This document shows, piece after piece, positions 57,303-64,000 of a stretch of DNA of 64,000 bases. A program made the translations under genes and the position numbers. The stretch comes from Eledone cirrhosa (lineage: Eukaryota). Under the pieces are notes generated by a model that was not told the origin of the DNA, ran no database searches, and saw nothing but the letters and a program-made list of their open reading frames with translations. Where the stretch lies: positions 4,650,001 through 4,714,000 of the forward strand of contig OZ024750.1 of the NCBI GenBank assembly GCA_964016885.1, read 5' to 3'. Each line of letters begins with the position of its first letter. The stretch's first letter is position 1.

Positions 57303-58189
57303 ATTATTGGAAATATATTTTCTGATTGTGAACAAACAAATGTTTAAAAAATAACTAATCAGAAACATCAACATATTTTCCATCTAATAAACTGTAGGAG
57401 TTTGGCTGGCTTGATGTACTACTGATAAAACTGAAGGACTGATTCTCATGTAGTTGAAAACCAATCACATTGATACACTCTACAACACTACACAAGCATT
57501 ACAAGAAAATCATCTGACAGATCGATAAAATTCTCCTTTGAAAAATTTTCAATCCCTTATAATCCATCGTCGTTCAGATTCCCACCAACCCCATCTTGTA
57601 TTATTGCTGCTGCTACTACTACTACTACTGTTGTTGTTGTTGTTGTTTAGAATTATCAGTTATATTCCAGTGGCTAGCTCCACTCAAATGTTAGTATTTC
57701 TCTAACTACACCAATACTATCTGCATCTATTGTGCCCTTCACTCAAGAAAGCCGGCACCAACTATTAACATACAAGTTATATTCATTATTAGTAGTGGTG
57801 GTGGTGGTGTGGTTGGAGTGGGGTTGGCTGCTTTATGGAAGGACTTCTTACAAATACATTAACAAGCTCTGTGAGATCTACATTAAGCACACCACACACT
57901 AACCACTCACGATCCACTTTGCATTTTTTCCCCCTTCTATCAGTGAGAAGGGCTTTTACGGGTTATGATGTATAAGACAAACCCTTGAAAACGTCGATAA
58001 TTCACACATATATATTAATATGTATGAGAAATAAACAATATATATATTCTTAAGATAACAAGTTAGCCCCGTCTAAATTCTCCAAACCTCACACAAACAG
58101 CAATAATCACGCCCATCGATTGCTCCTCTGCCTCTCTCTCTATCACTAGAAGCTATCGACAATCCTGCTTCCCACAATAACAAAGCAAC

Positions 58190-58263
58190 ATAAAGCACAC
58201 ACGTTCACTCCAGATCCCACAACTACAACACACGCACCTATGCACGCGATATCGAATCACACG

Positions 58264-58306
<43 letters not shown>

Positions 58307-59525
58307 CTTACACACACATACGTACATATATAATGTGCCGAAACACACACATACATACATATATGTGCTGAGACAAACATGCATACATATATAACGTGCT
58401 GAGACACACGCGCGTGTAAGTGCGAGCAAGCTATATACATTTGTATACACCAAATCATACGAGAGAATATACGTGCAGTGTGCATGTAGAGAGATTGGCG
58501 AGCACACGCACACACACACAGGCGAAGGCGCATACACACAGGCGAACATAAACACACACACGCACACAGGCGAGCGCGCATACACACAGGCGAACATAAA
58601 CACACACGCGCACACAAACGAGCGCGCATATACATACAGACACACGGGTGAGCGCGCACAGACAGGAGCACACTAGTGCACATATGCTACAAGTACGTGC
58701 AATACGTGCAGCACACAAGCAACTGCATGCATATAATCACAGACACACAGGTATATAAGCACACATGAACATATACATATGACTACAATATACACATGCA
58801 TCGCGGTGTGTGTGTGTGTGTTCGTAACATACGAACTCATGGAAAACACAGACACACACCACGTGCAAAACTGGTCGTAAACACACATATACATGCATAT
58901 ATATGTGTATGTGTGTATAAACACACACAAACATTGTATATACAATATATATAATACACACACGCGTTGTGATATATATTCACTGGCAAAACGCGCGCGA
59001 ATAAACGTATAAGAGCGTAAATACACACAAAAATTTTTGTATTTACACATATACACACACGAGCGCAAAAATGCTCGTTACTACACACGCATATATGTGT
59101 GTGTGTGTGGATATCTCTCTCTTGATATATATATAAAGCACTTAAGTACATCAGCTCGTATCCAAAACACATAAGGCGACATGCATACACACACATGCAA
59201 GGCGATATGTTTGCTCGCCACACGCTTACACACAAACTGTGAGGCAACATTTTGCACTTACACATGCATATCTGTTCACATAAATATGACACACGTAGAC
59301 ACACATACACATTGTGATGCAATATTTTGCATTTACATGCATATCCTCTCACATAGATACGGTGCGAAAGCATACACACCACCCACACACACACGCAAGA
59401 ACATTCACAAGCACACACACATACACAAACACTGTGAGGCAATCTTGCAACATATCTGCTCACACAAACATGCACTCGTGCAAAACACGTACAGCACATA
59501 TGCAGACACACATGCACAATAAGCG
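58190..59525. repeat. Degenerate (CA)n/(CGCA) low-complexity tract
   Basis: Directly visible; CpG-rich. Confidence 0.85.
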
Positions 59526-59562
59526 ATAGTAACAAGTGAAAAGCTACCAGTTGTGTGGGAGG

Positions 59563-59596
<34 letters not shown>

Positions 59597-61025
59597 TGTG
59601 GTCTGTGGTAGTGGTCACGGCCAGGTTGTAAGTACATGCAAGGTTATCTAAACTACTCTGACAAACTCAGCTGATTCCGATCTCATGTTATAAATAGTTG
59701 GAAGCTACTGATCCAGCGATTCCACACACACACACACACATTATATATATATACATACATACACACACACACAATTTCCCCGGCCCCTCTGCAGTGGGGG
59801 GGGGGGCATTAGCGACGGCCGTAGCAATTTATTTGTGCCCTCAGCTGGGGTTTTTAGTTTGGGGGCGGTTAGCATTTTTTAATTTAATACCTTATGTATA
59901 TGTAAAATTGGAGTGGGGGTTGCTGCATATTCTAATTGTTTGTGTATGAGGGTCCCCCAAACCTGAAGTACACCCCCCCCCCCCGGTCTAAATCCAATCC
60001 CGTGTGTCATTTACTATAGCTTCGGATCGACAGAAACTTTGTAAGCCGGCTGGTTGAACTTTAGCTGTAGTCCAGAGGACGAATTGTTTTTACACACTGT
60101 GTCATATTGAGAATTACATTCAGGGTACATGTGCCTGTGGAATGCTCACCAACTCATGAGGATCATAGGTTGGTTGCTATTTTTAACAGTTCTATTAAAA
60201 AAAAAACTCAGAAGCCCCGTCACGAAGACGACAAACTAAAACATTCGTCGTCGAAACCGACGAAACTCCAATACCTCTGGCTTTGATTGAAAACACGCCT
60301 GACCATTGGCAAAATACGGTTATTATCACTGTCGCTATTTCTCAAGAAAACATACGATCAAAACCGTTCCTACCTCGTCCTTTTTGTTTCTTTAAGATTA
60401 CATTATTATCCTAAGTGGCTTTCCGTTTTTAAGACGGTAGTGTATGATGAGGGATATTTCGCTGCTATTTCTAGCAGATCCAACGACTAAGTTTACTAGA
60501 CGGACCCTCCTTCACCGCTTTACGTTGCTTTATTTATTTATGCGAGCACTCACCTGTATATATATCTGTACTGAAATACTTAGGAATGTACTTAAACGTA
60601 CGACTTGAAATAGTTCAAGCAGAACGTTACCAACATCAACCACATCGGTTTGTTAGAGTCTATGGGGGTTACAGGCATCACAGTCTGTAGTGAATTACGG
60701 GGCGTGGATGATGAATGACTGGATGGTAGCCAGAAGCCCTACAATATTTAAAGAGCTCGAAATTAATTGTTTTGGCTATTATAAACAATACGCAAGGGAT
60801 CTAATCCCAGCTTAATCCGCCTCTTGGATACAACCCCTTTCCCCAAACCAACACACACACAAGGAGATACGTGAAAACAGTTTGCACACAGTTTGTGTGT
60901 GAGTGTGAATATGTGTGTATGTTTTTAATAGTGACTATTTACTTCAAAGTTTCGCTGGCGTTACCTACTTTTCAAAACAGTAATGAGTCTTCTAGTTCTT
61001 GGGTCGGACGCCATGATTTGCAACA

Positions 61026-61215
61026 CAGAGTTACGGCCCTTTATAATCCGAGTTCAAATCCCGCCGAGGTTAACTTTGCCTTTCATCCTTACGGGGTCGA
61101 TAAAATAAAGTACCAGTAACGTACTAGGTCGATTTAATCGACTTTCTGGGGTCGATTTAATCGACTATCCCCTCCCCCAAATTACTGGCCTTGTGCCTAT
61201 ACTAGAAATCATTAT
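61026..61215 (+). mobile_element. SINE family 2 (5' truncated)
   Basis: gagttcaaatcccgccgagg...cttacggggtcgataaaataaagtaccag; internal duplication of ggtcgatttaatcgact. Confidence 0.85.
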
Positions 61216-62063
61216 AGTTCATGAATAGAGTGTATATTACACACATACGTAGAACCTCATACACACACTCAGCCCTTAGAAACCAGAGACCGGAACCCAA
61301 AATAATCACTAACAGACAAACAAATAGATAGATAGATAGATAGGGGTGTGTATTAAAAGGCATGTGAAGAATGTGAACTGATAACTCAGTGTAAAGCTAT
61401 GCAGCTGTTGGAATCAGTGGATGGCAGCAGGCTTTAATATCTTGTCTCCTGTCTCTTCTTTGTCGCAACAGACTAGTGAGAGAATGGGGCGAGAGAACAT
61501 ATACCTCTGATAGTGTCCTATTGTTGTCAATCTGGCTTGTTGCTACAAAATGGAATGTTAGCAACAACTTACTCACAGAGTCAAATATTGGAAGGGGACA
61601 GCCAAATATTTGTTGTAAAAACCCCCACCCAACGAAACTAACCCTCATAACTTAATTAACACTTTTGTTACCGCATTCCTAATGAAATACACAACCTCAT
61701 CTGTTTGAATTTATTTTGAAAGTAATGAAAAATTTTAGAGGAATTTAATAAAGTATATTTAATATATATATAGCTAAAGATTGACAGCAACAACTTACAC
61801 GAACACACACACACACACGGAGAAATATCGGAAGAGGTCAACAAATATTTATTGCATGAAACTCCACCCAACAAATGTATCATAATAATGTAATTACATT
61901 AACAACACAAAAGACAAAGGAAGGATCCTCTATGGGGGCATACAATGTGCTAGAAATAGAAGCTAAATTATACCCTTCTTATCCTTACTTTAACCTTTTG
62001 TTACCATATTTCTAATGAAATACATAACCCATTCGTTTAAATTAGCTGAATATATATATATAT

Positions 62064-62255
62064 ATAGGAAAATGTTTAACCCCGACGGCAGAGTTCAAGC
62101 CGTTTCGACGGCTAATTCTGGACTGAAATAGCCGTCGAAACGGCTTGAGCTCTGCCGTCGGGGTTAAACATTTTCCTATTACCCACTCTACTACCCTAAG
62201 TATTGAGTACTGGTGCCTTATGGTCCATCTGGTTCCTTCCCACACTTCCTTTGTT
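62064..62255 (+). mobile_element. Fold-back insert family A copy 5, nested in MITE P2 (61994-62432)
   Basis: 51-bp arms 62064-62114 and 62129-62179, 76-nt tail, short (TA)n both sides; host MITE bounded by TTAA 61990-61993 and 62433-62436. Confidence 0.85.
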
Positions 62256-63391
62256 ATATATATATATATAATTGGAAGGATTTAATAAAATAACTTTTTT
62301 TAAGCTGGCTGGCGTTTGAAATAAAAGGTTCATACATAATGGAAGGTTTTAATATAAACATCAACACTTTAAACGAGCAGATTTACATCGTTAGACCAGG
62401 GTTGGTTTCAGGTAAGTTGGTATCAAAAAGGTTTAATTTAGATGAATTTCACAAAAGACAAAATAGAGATCCATTATGTGGTCATTCAACCTGCTAGAAA
62501 TAACAACCACACAATCCCCTACTTACCCGTATATTAAATAAGGCAAGGACACATCGGTGATGTAGTCCTACAAATGACAGGATGGTCGCGACTGAAACGC
62601 TTATGATCAGATCATTTAGTGGATCAGGTTTGACCTGGGGCTAAACCACATCATTATAGTAATACATTTTTATCACACACACACATTAAATCCATATGTA
62701 CATAATTATTACACATGTGTGTATATATATGTGCATAACAGTTTATTTCAATACTGATAATGTCCTTTTTTCTCTCTCTCACTCTCAAATATAATGCCCT
62801 ATATAAAATACACACACGCACTATACGAGCACACAAACGCATATAATCATATGTTCACACACACACGCACAAGCATATATATATATATACCCACATACGC
62901 ACACAGAGATAGATAGATAGACAGATAGATAGATAGATAGATATATTTCTTTATTAGCCACAAGGGCGCACAAGAAAAGGCGACAATACAAAGACATGCC
63001 GGGGATTTTACATACAGTCGTGTAAAAAATATAAAAACAAATAGATAGATAGATACATAGACAGATAGAGAGAGAGATAATTACATCAGCAAAATTGCAA
63101 AGGAAAGAGAGAGAGAGATAAGGAGAGTTCCTGCCTTGTTGTTGCCTAACTCTTGTTGATTATGTTCCCGTTGATATATATATAAAAGGGGTTAGCTAGT
63201 ATATTGATTAAGTGTGATTGTATTCCCTCCTCTCGTTTTTTTTTTATGTGGGGTGGGGGGTTACTAGCTTGTTTGTTGTGTGACATATTATTTAATAAGA
63301 GGTAAACCCGATGTAATAAAAGAAACATTTTTTTAGTTTGTTGTCCAAGCAATTAACACTTACTAGACTCCGCTGGTTGTTACTGTAGTAA

Positions 63392-63429
63392 AAATTATAG
63401 TAAACATGTAAGAATAGATTTTCTGTAAG

Positions 63430-63478
<49 letters not shown>

Positions 63479-63519
63479 AAGCTTACAGAAAATCTATTCT
63501 TACATGTTTACTATAATTT
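63392..63519. repeat. Perfect 43-bp inverted repeat around a (TA)n core
   Basis: aaattatagtaaacatgtaagaatagattttctgtaagcttta / taaagcttacagaaaatctattcttacatgtttactataattt. Confidence 0.9.
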
Positions 63520-63638
63520 ATATATATATATATACGCATGCTTCTGTGCGTGTGTGTATATATATATACACATACATATGTATGTATGTGTGTGTGTGTG
63601 ACTAGTGCTCCACACTTCTAGGTGTGTGTGTGAGTGAA

Positions 63639-63689
<51 letters not shown>

Positions 63690-63803
63690 AAGCTTTCAAA
63701 AGAGCCTTATTTCACTCACTGGGAAAGTATATAGTAAATATTTTGCATTATAAACTTGATCAGTAAAATTTTCTGCAAGCCTTATATACACGCGCATGCA
63801 TTT

Positions 63804-63859
<56 letters not shown>

Positions 63860-64000
63860 GAACCTTTAAAGGAGACATGTTCCGTTCACTGAGTGTATTA
63901 TATATAGTAAATATTTTGTTATTTGAACATATACGAGTATATTCCGCAAGCTATATACACACGCGCACACTTGTGCTTGTGTATATAGTGAACCTTTAAA

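Noticed and set aside
57941-57998. TGAGAAGGG...CCCTTGAAAACGTCG as a PLE hammerhead
   Set aside because: Boxes imperfect and no fold-back or homolog in the window
60221-60265. Hammerhead-like GAAGACGAC...GTCGTCGAAAC
   Set aside because: First box lacks CUG; more simply the tail of a SINE-like repeat starting near 60000 (related to 38095-38200)

Overview
AT-rich, microsatellite-saturated animal DNA. The SINE/MITE repertoire resembles an octopus genome; this is my recognition and was not database-checked. I cannot support any intact protein-coding gene: the long ORFs in the track are translations of (TA)n, (CA)n, (GA)n, (CAC)n or (GAT)n repeats. The window holds SINEs (two with clear target-site duplications), piggyBac-like, Tc1/mariner-like and hAT-like MITEs, 3' remnants of CR1 and RTE LINEs, a Penelope-like 3' end with a hammerhead core, and about 12 minisatellites. 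The strongest unexplained signal is a set of ten short (about 190-310 bp) fold-back inserts from five sequence families, sitting in or next to (TA)n tracts. Nearly all have near-perfect inverted arms plus a one-sided tail, and several carry hammerhead-ribozyme-like cores. Arm variants are private to each copy, which suggests the hairpin is made at insertion (Penelope-like self-priming). Also noted: a pre-miRNA-sized bistable hairpin, a unique structured island near 50.2 kb, and alternating CpG-poor and CpG-rich domains.
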